Assembly (NCBI GenBank): GCA_964544585.1
Contig: CAZJBV010000002.1
Span: 131,468 to 195,467 of the forward strand
Source: an uncultured Gammaproteobacteria bacterium
GTDB taxonomy: Bacteria; Patescibacteriota; Microgenomatia; 2-02-FULL-39-11
DNA: 64,000 nt
Direction of reading: 5' to 3'
The notes under the pieces were generated by a model, which was not told the DNA's origin, made no database searches, and worked only from the letters and a program-made list of their open reading frames with translations. Numbering within the stretch: position 1 is the stretch's first letter; each line of letters starts with the position of its first letter. The position numbers and the translations under genes were made by a program. Shown piece by piece: positions 40,455 to 49,644 of the stretch.

Positions 40455-41153
40455 GTGAAGCAGTTTTTAATCACGCTTACTATAGTATCATTGTATGTTT
40501 TAGCTTCTTCTGTTGCGGCTCAGGACTCAGTTGACCCCAGCCCCAAAATAGTTATGGAAAAACGACAAGAAGTTCGTGAAAATATAAAAGCGAAGCGAAT
40601 GGAGGTCAGGGATGAAATTAAAAAAAAGCGCGAAGAGTTACGACTGACAATAAAAGAAAAAAGAGAAGAGTTTAAAAAGAAAATCCAGACATTAAAAGAT
40701 GAAAGAAAGAAACAAATTGTTGAAAGACTTGATGAAAAGATGTCAATGATAAATACAAATATGACAGACCGCATGCTGGCACATCTGGAAAAGATGGAGG
40801 ATATCCTCTCAAGACTCCAGGAAAAAGTGGACACGGCCAAAAATGAAGGAAAAGATACAACAGCCGCCCAGAATGCCATCACAAACGCCCAAAGCTTAAT
40901 AGATACTGCCAAAGCCGCCGTCACAGAGCAAGCAGGCAAAGATTACACTCCCGCAATTCCAGATGAGACAACCTTAAGGGCCGTAGTTGGTACCTCAATG
41001 TCTGGTCTTCGTGCCGATCTATCTGCATTACACAAACAGGTTGTAGACGCAAAACAAGCCGTCATGAAAGCAGTCATGGAAGTCGCCAAACTTCGCGGGC
41101 AGACCAAAGAACCAACAACCGTCAAAACAGTAGAACCAACAATTACACCATAA
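40455..41153 (+). CDS. Secreted K/E/R-rich coiled-coil protein
   Basis: Signal peptide, then highly charged heptad-like repeats (KRQEVRENIKAKRMEVRDEIKKKREELR...). Confidence 0.4.
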   Translation: MKQFLITLTIVSLYVLASSVAAQDSVDPSPKIVMEKRQEVRENIKAKRMEVRDEIKKKREELRLTIKEKREEFKKKIQTLKDERKKQIVERLDEKMSMINTNMTDRMLAHLEKMEDILSRLQEKVDTAKNEGKDTTAAQNAITNAQSLIDTAKAAVTEQAGKDYTPAIPDETTLRAVVGTSMSGLRADLSALHKQVVDAKQAVMKAVMEVAKLRGQTKEPTTVKTVEPTITP

Positions 41154-41158
41154 AAAAT

Positions 41159-41512
41159 ATGGATACAACACAGAATACAACAACAAGCCCACCACCAACA
41201 GCTCCAAATACAAATGTAACTCCACCTCCCGTAATCCCTACAGAGAACAAAGAGGGGAATAATAAATTCATCATATTTTTGATAGGAATAACTCTTTTCG
41301 TACTTCTAGGCTTGGGTGGGTTTATTATTATGACTGTCGTAAATAAATCACAAGAATCATCTGATCAAAATAGAGTTAACACCATATCTGCTCCAACTAT
41401 TCCTCCATCAACACCGACACCTGCATCCGAAGAAGAGGAGATATCAAACCTCAACATCGAAGACCCCAATGCCGAAATCGACGCCCTCAACCAAGACCTC
41501 AATTCACTATAA
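41159..41512 (+). CDS. Pro/Thr-rich single-pass membrane protein
   Basis: PT-rich N-terminus, one TM helix, and a P/T/S-rich acidic tail. Confidence 0.35.
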   Translation: MDTTQNTTTSPPPTAPNTNVTPPPVIPTENKEGNNKFIIFLIGITLFVLLGLGGFIIMTVVNKSQESSDQNRVNTISAPTIPPSTPTPASEEEEISNLNIEDPNAEIDALNQDLNSL

Positions 41513-41523
41513 ATTACTTTTTG

Positions 41524-41596
41524 AGCCGACAGTCGGTCTCGAACCGACGACCTACGCTTTACGAAAGCGCCGCTCTGCCAACTGAGCTATGTCGGC
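41524..41596 (-). tRNA. tRNA-Thr (anticodon CGT), no encoded CCA
   Basis: Reverse-complement cloverleaf: acceptor gccgaca/tgtcggc, D arm gctc-agttggca-gagc, anticodon loop ttCGTaa, T arm gtcgg-ttcgaga-ccgac. Confidence 0.85.
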
Positions 41597-41646
41597 AATC
41601 TTCTCTTATATATTCTACCAAAAAAAGATATAATGTTTAAAATCTA

Positions 41647-42510
41647 ATGAACAAAAGGAAATTCATCTTCTTGGTTTATCTCTTTGTCGTCACTCTAATA
41701 ATCCTCGTTGGCTCGGCTTTCATTATTAATAAACCAAAACTAAATAATGTCGCCGGCCTCCAGATTAGTTTACAAGTTTCTCCTACCCAAAACCCAACAT
41801 CACCTCCCACCCCAACACTAATTCCATTCTCCGTAACTATCAAAAATGCTCCCAAAGAAATTACAGAAGGTGGGTTGGCCACATTTACCTGGAGTATAAA
41901 TGGAGCTTCTGGTGTAATCCATACAACCACAATCTATTATGGCGAAAAAAGTAACCCCCAAGTTTTTACAACGAGCATGACTCCCGAAAATTCACAATAT
42001 ACTTTTGCCCTAAAAGATTTTTTACAAGGAAACTATGTTATACCCCTAGAGTTTATCGCAAATGCAGAAAATGTTCCCTCCGGTACATATTATTTTCGCG
42101 GCTATGCTTTCATAAATGGCCAGCATTACTGGACCAATGAGCAAATTTTTTTAGTTAAGGAAAAACCCCTCCCATCAATTACCATAATAGACCCACCCAC
42201 CAAAGTCCGAGCTAATGAAAATTTCTCCTTCACCTGGGACATATCAGGACCTACGGCAAGTACAGATTATACAACCATAGTTGCATCCAGAGAGTCAAAA
42301 CCGGGATTGATTGAAAATACTATCGACAGAAGTCAGACTCCATATAATAATGTTTTAGTAGACGAATTTACTCAAGGAAAATACGATGTGCCTCTTAGAT
42401 TTGTAGGTAACACCTCAATTTCAGAATCCGGCACCTACTACATCCGCGCCACAGCCAAAATAAATGACAAATATCTCTGGTCAGACGAATATACTCTGAA
42501 AATCGAATAA
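41647..42510 (+). CDS. Secreted protein with an internal tandem duplication of a domain of about 100 aa
   Basis: Signal/TM anchor. The two halves share TWSINGASG…GNYVIPLEFIANAENVPSGTYYFRGYAFINGQHYWTNE and FTWDISGPTAS…GKYDVPLRFVGNTSISESGTYYIRATAKINDKYLWSDE. Confidence 0.4.
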   Translation: MNKRKFIFLVYLFVVTLIILVGSAFIINKPKLNNVAGLQISLQVSPTQNPTSPPTPTLIPFSVTIKNAPKEITEGGLATFTWSINGASGVIHTTTIYYGEKSNPQVFTTSMTPENSQYTFALKDFLQGNYVIPLEFIANAENVPSGTYYFRGYAFINGQHYWTNEQIFLVKEKPLPSITIIDPPTKVRANENFSFTWDISGPTASTDYTTIVASRESKPGLIENTIDRSQTPYNNVLVDEFTQGKYDVPLRFVGNTSISESGTYYIRATAKINDKYLWSDEYTLKIE

Positions 42511-42620
42511 TCTCTTTTCAAACACCCCCTTTGTCAAAAGGAATTTGAATTATATTTTTCCACAATATCATTACAGCCTCTATAAAAGCATATATTATCG
42601 GTATCTGCTACTATGTAAAT

Positions 42621-43133
42621 GTGAATAAGAAAAACAAAATGAGAAAAAGGAAAAATAAACCAATAGTATATGCCTTTATAGATAGCCAAAACCTAAATCT
42701 TGGAGTTAGATCGCAAGGGTGGGAATTGGACTTTCGACGTTTTCGAATTTATTTGCACGAAAAATACAATGTAAAAAATGCATATCTATGTATAGGATAT
42801 ATTCCTAACAATAAAAAGTTATATGATTTTCTAAAGGAAGCAAAATACATTTTGATTTATAAACCAGTCTTGGAGCCAAAACATGCCAAAGTGAAAGTAA
42901 AAGGGAATGTTGACGCCGAGTTAGTATTGCATGCAATGATTGAATTCCCAAAGTACAACAAAGCAATTATTGTTAGTGGAGACGGAGACTTTCATTGTCT
43001 TATTGAATATCTCCATGGAAAAAACAAATTAGCAAAGATAATTGTGCCAAATAAGAAATACTCCTCTCTTTTAAGGAAATTTAGCAATTATATAGTCAAT
43101 ATCGATTTGATGAAGAGCAAATTAAAACAATAA
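42621..43133 (+). CDS. NYN-domain (LabA/PIN-like) putative ribonuclease
   Basis: IVYAFIDSQNLNLG…and the IVSGDGDF motif. Confidence 0.6.
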   Translation: MNKKNKMRKRKNKPIVYAFIDSQNLNLGVRSQGWELDFRRFRIYLHEKYNVKNAYLCIGYIPNNKKLYDFLKEAKYILIYKPVLEPKHAKVKVKGNVDAELVLHAMIEFPKYNKAIIVSGDGDFHCLIEYLHGKNKLAKIIVPNKKYSSLLRKFSNYIVNIDLMKSKLKQ

Positions 43134-43322
43134 AAAATGAGAGGCATTCCCTCGGGACGAAACCCTTTGGTAGTCCTCTCATCGTGATTGAATTTATAAT
43201 ATCAAATCGGATATAGAAAGTCAACCCAAATACTATATTCCATACAAAAAATTTCTATAGAACTAATTCCTTGAGTCGTCGAACAAACGTGTCAATTTCT
43301 TCTTTGGTAGTATCAAAAGAGG

Positions 43323-44156
43323 TTACAAGTCTTCCTTAATCTGCTGATATAAATACGCACACATATCATTTGCCCATTTTGCATTCTTCTTCCAGATTTC
43401 CTTCTCAAAGAAAGGAATAAACTGCCCAGAAAGATAGCGCATCTTTGAATAAAGCTGCATACCCTGTTTTTGTAAAATTTCAAAATCCTGCTGATAATTT
43501 TTATTGAAAATTACCACCGCCTCAGCAAACATCAATCCATTTTTCGTTCCTCCCAATGAGACAATATCGGGCTTGGAAGCTCTTACCATGTCCTCAAGTG
43601 ATACATTTAATGATACGGCTGCATTATAAATGCGGCAAAAATCGATATGAAATAAAAGATTATGTTTTTTGCAGAATTTAGACATTTTTTGTAGCTCGGA
43701 AAGGCTATATACCGTACCATATTCAGTAGATTGAGCAATTGAAAGCATGCGAGGCCTTGGTCCATGAGGTATATTATCCAATTGCCGTAACACAAGTTCT
43801 TCTGCAACCTCAAGATCGATTTTTCCGTGAGTAACAGGAATCGGAACAAGTTTATTTTGAGCTATTGCTTCGGGCGCTCCAGCCTCATTTGTATTTAAGT
43901 GGCTTGTCTCAGCAACAAGGACTGACTCCGTCGATTTCAAACACTGTTTGATGCTTAATACATTTGCAGCCGTTCCGGTCAAGACCAAATAAACGTGAGC
44001 CCCTTCATCTCCAAGTGTCTTTTGGATTATTTTCTTTGCGGCAGCTGTATAGTCGTCATTGCCATAGGCCCGGGCGTGTCCAGTATTTATTTCCCCTAGG
44101 TATTCCAATATTTCGGGTGAAACAGAGCTATAATTATCACTAGCTAAACTTTTCAT
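43323..44156 (-). CDS. Low-specificity threonine aldolase-family PLP enzyme, apparently disrupted near the 3' end
   Basis: LTGTAAN, HIDFCRIYNAAV and SLGGTKNG motifs align with LtaE. The last ~25 codons of the family (GRLVTSFDTTKEEIDTFVRRLKELVL*) are in another frame at 43255-43335. Confidence 0.6.
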   Translation of the reverse strand: MKSLASDNYSSVSPEILEYLGEINTGHARAYGNDDYTAAAKKIIQKTLGDEGAHVYLVLTGTAANVLSIKQCLKSTESVLVAETSHLNTNEAGAPEAIAQNKLVPIPVTHGKIDLEVAEELVLRQLDNIPHGPRPRMLSIAQSTEYGTVYSLSELQKMSKFCKKHNLLFHIDFCRIYNAAVSLNVSLEDMVRASKPDIVSLGGTKNGLMFAEAVVIFNKNYQQDFEILQKQGMQLYSKMRYLSGQFIPFFEKEIWKKNAKWANDMCAYLYQQIKEDL

Positions 44157-44184
44157 AGCAATTGCTATTTTAACATCTTATACT

Positions 44185-44934
44185 TTAATTTATTATTTGA
44201 AATAGTCTTTTAGCGCCTAAAACCAATCTCGGCCCTGGTGTATTTAAAAGAGCATCATCTATAAAATATATTTTTCCCTCAGAAACGGCTCGTAAATCAC
44301 CCCACCCTTTTCGATTTTTAATCTCTTCCGGCTTGTAAATGTCGCCAGCTCCACACCAATGACAGACTATTATATCAGGATCAAAATGCCGAATTTCATC
44401 CAATGTCACTTCGCGACTCCTTTCCCCAGGCTTTACCAAATCTTCTCTTCCCCCCGAAACCTCCAAAATATCCGGCACCCAATTTCCCGATACAAATGGC
44501 GGCGTATGCCATTCTTCCATATATACTTTCGGCCTCCTTCTACTTTTCTTGCCATCGCCAATTTTTCTAAATTCCTCTTTCATTTTCTCTACAATCGATC
44601 TCCCTTTTGCTTCTTTCCCCACCGTCCTTGCCATAGTCATTATTGCTCCGAATACTCCATCAAGCGTTCTGGGGTCTACAAAAACTATTTTTTCTTTTCC
44701 CTCCCATTTTTCCAACTCCCTCGGCAAATATGAAGATGTAAAAATAAGATCAGCATCATATAAAGAAAGTTTTTCCACTTCTGTCCTAATCCACGTCCCA
44801 ATCTTTGGCTTTTTCTTGATACTAGGAGGATAATCACAAAGATGAGTCACCGCAACCAACTCATCTTCACACCCCAAAGCGCAAAGTATTTCCGTCGTAG
44901 CAGGGGAGAGGGAAATATACTTCATACTAACCAA
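44185..44934 (-). CDS. BtuF/FepB-like periplasmic-binding-protein-fold protein (Peripla_BP_2); no signal peptide
   Basis: ISLSPATTEILCALGCEDELVAVTHLCDYPP…KPKIG…LYDADLIFTS pattern characteristic of cobalamin/siderophore-binding proteins. Confidence 0.55.
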   Translation of the reverse strand: MVSMKYISLSPATTEILCALGCEDELVAVTHLCDYPPSIKKKPKIGTWIRTEVEKLSLYDADLIFTSSYLPRELEKWEGKEKIVFVDPRTLDGVFGAIMTMARTVGKEAKGRSIVEKMKEEFRKIGDGKKSRRRPKVYMEEWHTPPFVSGNWVPDILEVSGGREDLVKPGERSREVTLDEIRHFDPDIIVCHWCGAGDIYKPEEIKNRKGWGDLRAVSEGKIYFIDDALLNTPGPRLVLGAKRLFQIIN

Positions 44935-45424
44935 AAGGAATTTCCATTGTATATTTCCACCTATCTGGCTCTTGGGTTACGGGCGTGACAATAAATTTGT
45001 CAACTGTAAATGAGGATTGCGTCATCTTTATTTCATTAGCAACTTTTTCTCTGGTTTGCATATCATGATCTCCATATAAAAGGCTGATATGTGGCATAAA
45101 AACAGTATTTTCCATCCTAAACTGCCTTTTTAATTCCAGATTTATTTGCAGCAATTCTGCTGTAGAATCTACCCTGACAAAAACTGATTGAAAATATGTC
45201 GTACTGAATGAAACCTGGCCCAAAGTTAGTTTCAGCTTATTTAATTTTGAAGCAACAAGCGAAGTTTTTTCCTTAATTTCATCTAAATTTTTTTCTATAT
45301 TTCCCAAAATTGTCATGTGCGGCTCAAAAGTCGGCCCACGATATTTTCCCGCCAAATTCTTAATGATGGACTTAAGCCTCCCATATACCGGCTCCGGCGG
45401 CACAACCCATATACTATATTCCAT
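44927..45424 (-). CDS. 2H phosphoesterase (LigT / 2'-5' RNA ligase-like cyclic phosphodiesterase)
   Basis: Two H-x-T/S-x motifs (HMTIL and HISLLY) at the correct spacing. Confidence 0.6.
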   Translation of the reverse strand: MEYSIWVVPPEPVYGRLKSIIKNLAGKYRGPTFEPHMTILGNIEKNLDEIKEKTSLVASKLNKLKLTLGQVSFSTTYFQSVFVRVDSTAELLQINLELKRQFRMENTVFMPHISLLYGDHDMQTREKVANEIKMTQSSFTVDKFIVTPVTQEPDRWKYTMEIPFG

Positions 45425-45433
45425 ATTTTATTG

Positions 45434-45505
45434 AGCGGGCGATGGGCTTTGCACCCACGACCTTCTCCTTGGGAAGGAGACATTCTACTCCTGAACTACG
45501 CCCGC
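45434..45505 (-). tRNA. tRNA-Gly (anticodon CCC) with an atypical T-loop
   Basis: Reverse complement folds: acceptor gcgggcg/cgcccgc, anticodon loop ttCCCaa, T arm gtggg-tgcaaag-cccat (G at position 55 in place of the conserved U). Confidence 0.55.
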
Positions 45506-45544
45506 ATTATATCCATTATATCAAATCGGGCGCGCAGAACTGTT

Positions 45545-46189
45545 TTATCTTTGGATCTTTAACACATTACCTGTATGAATCGTATCAGGATGAACGAGTT
45601 TATTTGCTTGTGCAATTTTTACCCAACTGTAACCGTCCCCGTATGCTCTAACCGCAATATCCCAAAGGTAGTCACCTTCTTTAACTGTATAAGAATCTGA
45701 CGTAATTCGGGAAGTAGAAGTTGCGGAAATCTCCCCTCCCACAGTAATAGTCTGAGAAGATGGAATATTAAGTTCCTGCCCTACTTCAATAGTATCAGGA
45801 TCGGCAAGCTTATTTTCATTTGCAATTGTCACCCAATTGTATCCGCTGCGATAATATTTTTCAGCTATCGACCAGAGATTTTCCCCGACTGCAACTTTAT
45901 GAACCGTTGGTATAGGAAAAGCCGGCGCAACTTCCGGACCTGGCTGCGACGTTTCAATCTCTCCTCTTTGAGGAGCTTGCGTCATCTTTCCTCGATTTAC
46001 AAAATTAAAGATCAATAATCCGGCAACAACTACCACCAGAAACCCAAGACCCATCGAAATGTACGATTCGGGAAATTTCAACGACTTAGTATATTCTTTC
46101 CACATTAAAACTAATCCTCCTTTCCGGGGCAGAAATTTTGGGGCAGTCCGCCAGCTGGCGGATGGAAGCAAAACGTAATAAATTTGCAA
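45545..46189 (-). CDS. LysM-domain peptidoglycan-binding protein (two LysM repeats) with an N-terminal TM anchor
   Basis: YTVKEGDYLWDIAVRAYGDGYSWVKIAQANKL and a second copy VAVGENLWSIAEKYYRSGYNWVTIANENKL. Confidence 0.75.
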   Translation of the reverse strand: MQIYYVLLPSASWRTAPKFLPRKGGLVLMWKEYTKSLKFPESYISMGLGFLVVVVAGLLIFNFVNRGKMTQAPQRGEIETSQPGPEVAPAFPIPTVHKVAVGENLWSIAEKYYRSGYNWVTIANENKLADPDTIEVGQELNIPSSQTITVGGEISATSTSRITSDSYTVKEGDYLWDIAVRAYGDGYSWVKIAQANKLVHPDTIHTGNVLKIQR

Positions 46190-46243
46190 AGCAAGTTTAA
46201 ACGTTTCAGCAACGTTGATCCGCCAGAGGCGGATCTCTCGTTG

Positions 46244-46318
46244 CGGGGCCGGCGGGACTCGAACCCGTAACCTTCGCCGTGACAGGGCGATGCTCTAACC
46301 AAATTGAGCTACGACCCC
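46244..46318 (-). tRNA. tRNA-Asp (anticodon GTC)
   Basis: Reverse complement folds: acceptor ggggtcg/cggcccc, anticodon loop ctGTCac, T-loop ttcgagt. Confidence 0.8.
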
Positions 46319-46382
46319 AAGGACAGGCTTAAAAGGCATAATAACAAATGATTGAGACAGGGTCAATACGTATGATACACTT

Positions 46383-48170
46383 TTGACAATGACAAATCAC
46401 GAAATAGCCAAACTTCTCCAAAACATTGCCGCCGCCTACACAATTTTAGGCGCCATGCCTGCCGGCAGGCAGGAAAATCGTTTTAAAATCCTAGCCTACG
46501 AAAATGCAGCCAAAGGTGTAGAGTCATCAAATAGAGAAATAGAAGATCTCTGGAAAGAGAAAAAATTATCCGAAGTCGAAGGCATTGGCAGTTCAATTGC
46601 CTCCCATCTAGATGAGCTATTTCGCAAGGGAAAAGTAGCCCATTTTGAGTCCATTATCAAAAGAGTTCCTGAAGCTGTATTTCCACTTCTTGAAATTCCC
46701 GGTTTTGGAGCCAAAAAATCGTATAAATTGGCCAAAGTGCTAAATTTAAAATCGGCAAAAACAGTAATTTCTGATCTCGAAAAAGCTGCCCGTCAGGGAA
46801 AAATAGCCAAAATTGAAGGTTTTGGAGAGAAATCTCAACATGACATTCTAGAATCAATTGCGTTATATAAATCCCTCGGCGGTAGAGAGCGCCGTATGCC
46901 CCTTCCCACAGCCGGAGAACTGGCTAAAAAAATAGTTTCTTATTTAAAAAGATATTCAGAAACACTCGATATTGCTCCGATGGGAAGCCTGCGCCGCATG
47001 AAAGAAACTGTTGGTGATATTGACCTCGCTGTTGCTACCACCAAACCTGACAAAGTAATTCAGGCTTTTTTATCTTTTCCTGGCATTTCCAAAATAGTCG
47101 AAGAGGGAAAAGAGGGAGCTACCATCCTTTTACAAAACGATGAGCATATTGATCTGCGGATTATAGACCCTCAAAGGTGGGGGTCTATGCTCCAATATTT
47201 TACCGGCAGTAAAAACCACAATATTAACCTGCGTGAGTTTGCCCTCAAAAAAAATCTTTCCCTGAACGAATACGGCATAAAAAATCTAAAAACGGGAAAA
47301 ATGAATACATTTAAAACTGAGAAGGATTTTTATAAATTCTTAGGCCTTCCCTGGATTCCGCCTGAAATCCGGGAAGACAGAGGAGAAATAGAGGTAGCCA
47401 TCAACAGTAAATTACCTCACCTGGTAGAACTTGCCGACGTCAGGGGTGATCTTCAGGTACACTCAAATTACCCCATCAAACCTAGCCACGATTTAGGCCG
47501 AGATTCAATGGAGGATATCCTCCATAAAGCAAAAAGCTTAGGTTACGAATATATTGCTTTCACCGAGCACAACCCCAATGTATCAAATTTAAAAGAAAAA
47601 GAAATAATAGAAATTATGAAGCGACGAAAATCAAAAATTGAGCAACTAAAATCGAAAACAAAAAGTGTTCGAATACTCAATCTACTCGAAATAGACATTT
47701 TAGCAAATGGTAAATTGGCTTTACCTGAAAATGCCTTTGCTTATATCGACGCCGGCCTAGCCTCGATCCATTCTAGCTTCAATCAGGACAAAGATGCAAT
47801 GACAAATAGAATCCTCAAAGGATTAAGCCACCCTAAAATAAAAATATATGCCCATCCAACGGCCAGACTCATCAATAAACGCGAGGGTATAAAAGCCGAC
47901 TTCAATGTGATTTTTAACTTTTGCGCCAAACAAAAAAAAGCACTCGAAATAAATTCATATCCTCTCCGTCTTGATCTTCCGGACGATTTGATAATCGATG
48001 CCAAGAAAAAAGGTTGTAAGTTTTCCCTGGGAACGGACGCCCATGATAGTGCCGGGATGTTTCTTATGCCTTATGGCGTGGCCATGGCCAAACGAGGCTG
48101 GCTAACCAAAAATGACATAATAAACACAATGGAGTATAATGAACTTTATTCTTGGCTGACGAGGAGGTGA
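46383..48170 (+). CDS. polX: Family X DNA polymerase with a C-terminal PHP phosphoesterase domain (PolX)
   Basis: HhH / Pol-beta-like N-terminal half ([27 protein letters not shown]) and a PHP domain with His/Asp motifs. The 16-nt core of the palindromic element (cctgccggcaggcagg) at 46458-46473 encodes MPAGRQE. Confidence 0.75.
   Translation: MTMTNHEIAKLLQNIAAAYTILGAMPAGRQENRFKILAYENAAKGVESSNREIEDLWKEKKLSEVEGIGSSIASHLDELFRKGKVAHFESIIKRVPEAVFPLLEIPGFGAKKSYKLAKVLNLKSAKTVISDLEKAARQGKIAKIEGFGEKSQHDILESIALYKSLGGRERRMPLPTAGELAKKIVSYLKRYSETLDIAPMGSLRRMKETVGDIDLAVATTKPDKVIQAFLSFPGISKIVEEGKEGATILLQNDEHIDLRIIDPQRWGSMLQYFTGSKNHNINLREFALKKNLSLNEYGIKNLKTGKMNTFKTEKDFYKFLGLPWIPPEIREDRGEIEVAINSKLPHLVELADVRGDLQVHSNYPIKPSHDLGRDSMEDILHKAKSLGYEYIAFTEHNPNVSNLKEKEIIEIMKRRKSKIEQLKSKTKSVRILNLLEIDILANGKLALPENAFAYIDAGLASIHSSFNQDKDAMTNRILKGLSHPKIKIYAHPTARLINKREGIKADFNVIFNFCAKQKKALEINSYPLRLDLPDDLIIDAKKKGCKFSLGTDAHDSAGMFLMPYGVAMAKRGWLTKNDIINTMEYNELYSWLTRR
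46458..46473. repeat. Remnant core of a palindromic element inside polX
   Basis: Exact 16-mer cctgccggcaggcagg shared with the long-form elements. Confidence 0.5.
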
Positions 48171-48180
48171 CCACAAATTT

Positions 48181-48738
48181 ATGAATATAACGCTATGGAT
48201 AATCATCGCAATTGTAGGCTTGATAGTACTCTTTTTCTGGAGTCTCTACAACGGCTTGGTCACCCTCAAACTGCGTGTCAAAGAGGCATGGAGTCAGATA
48301 GACGTCCAGCTCAAAAGAAGAGCCGATCTTATCCCAAATCTTGTTAACACCGTCAAAGGCTACGCCAAACACGAAAAAAGTGTCTTTGAAAATGTGACTA
48401 AGGCTAGAAGCGCGCTTATGAAGGCGGATACGCCGGCGGGAAAAGCACAGGCCAATAATATGTTGACCGATGCTCTAAAGTCGCTTTTTGCCGTAGCCGA
48501 AAACTACCCTCAGCTCCGGGCAAGTGAAAACTTCAATGCTTTGCAAAAAGAACTATCAGACACAGAAGATAAGGTAGCTTATTCAAGACAATTCTATAAT
48601 TCTACTGTTCTTGAATATAACAGAACAATTAAAGTCTTCCCTAATGTCCTTTTTGCCGGAATGTTCGGTTTTACCGAGGAGCAGTTTTTTGAAACAAAGG
48701 GACAAGAGAGGGAAAAAGTTGAGGTGAAATTTGATTAA
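48181..48738 (+). CDS. lemA: LemA-family membrane protein
   Basis: N-terminal TM helix and the LemA signature region [19 protein letters not shown]. Confidence 0.8.
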   Translation: MNITLWIIIAIVGLIVLFFWSLYNGLVTLKLRVKEAWSQIDVQLKRRADLIPNLVNTVKGYAKHEKSVFENVTKARSALMKADTPAGKAQANNMLTDALKSLFAVAENYPQLRASENFNALQKELSDTEDKVAYSRQFYNSTVLEYNRTIKVFPNVLFAGMFGFTEEQFFETKGQEREKVEVKFD

Positions 48739-49632
48739 ATGGCTAATATCTATAGTCAGGTCGAATCCAACAAGACAAAAACCATAATTATCATGGTTTT
48801 ATTTGTTGCATTTATTTCTCTTGTAGCATTTATTTTTGGTAAGGCAACAGGTTACGGTCTTTCGTTTGTTGGTATTGCCCTCATAATTTCCGGACTTTTG
48901 AGTTTGGGCAGCTACTACTGGGGAGACAAAATGATTTTGGCCATGTCCGGCGCCAAGCCTGCAGATAGAAACAGAGACTTTGATTTTTTTACCGTGGCCG
49001 AAAATTTGTCAATCGCCGCCGGCATCCCTAAACCAAAACTCTATATAATAGACGACACGGCCCCAAATGCTTTTGCCACCGGACGGGATCCGCAACACGC
49101 AGTCGTTGTAGCAACCTCTGGGATACTCCAAAAACTCGAAAGGACAGAACTCGAAGGAGTCATTGCCCACGAACTTTCGCATGTCAAAAACTACGACATT
49201 AGACTCCTGGCAGTCGTCTCCATTTTGGTTGGGACGGTAGCTTTTCTTTCCGATTTATTTCTGCGTAACCTCTGGTGGGGAGGAGGAAGAAGAAGTAGTC
49301 GGGACTCGGGTGGGATCTTTATCATAATCGGCATTGTTTTAGCAATTCTCTCGCCTTTTATAGCCAGTCTCATTCATCTTGCAGTTTCCCGAAGAAGAGA
49401 ATTTCTAGCCGATGCATCTGGTGCCCTTCTTACTCGATATCCTGAAGGTCTTGCCCGGGCACTCGAAAAGATATCCAAAGACAAAGAAGTCTTGGAAGTT
49501 GCCAACAACGCCACAGCTTCACTCTACATAATCAATCCTTTTAAAGGAAAAGACTTCGGAAGCATGTTTGCCAATCTTTTCAATACCCATCCTCCAATTG
49601 AGGAAAGGATAAAAATATTAAGATCAATGTAA
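48739..49632 (+). CDS. htpX: M48-family zinc metalloprotease HtpX-like
   Basis: HEXXH as AHELSHV. TM segments. A LemA-HtpX pair is a common arrangement. Confidence 0.8.
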   Translation: MANIYSQVESNKTKTIIIMVLFVAFISLVAFIFGKATGYGLSFVGIALIISGLLSLGSYYWGDKMILAMSGAKPADRNRDFDFFTVAENLSIAAGIPKPKLYIIDDTAPNAFATGRDPQHAVVVATSGILQKLERTELEGVIAHELSHVKNYDIRLLAVVSILVGTVAFLSDLFLRNLWWGGGRRSSRDSGGIFIIIGIVLAILSPFIASLIHLAVSRRREFLADASGALLTRYPEGLARALEKISKDKEVLEVANNATASLYIINPFKGKDFGSMFANLFNTHPPIEERIKILRSM

Positions 49633-49644
49633 ATATGCAATACT

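Noticed and set aside
43195-43215. 12-mer atatcaaatcgg shared between 43201-43212 and 45514-45525
   Set aside because: A single shared 12-mer is expected many times by chance in a 64-kb AT-rich window. No extended similarity around it.
45317-45651. Plus-strand ORFs 45317-45562 and 45442-45651
   Set aside because: They overlap the tRNA-Gly gene and the ends of two minus-strand genes. More parsimonious as non-coding.
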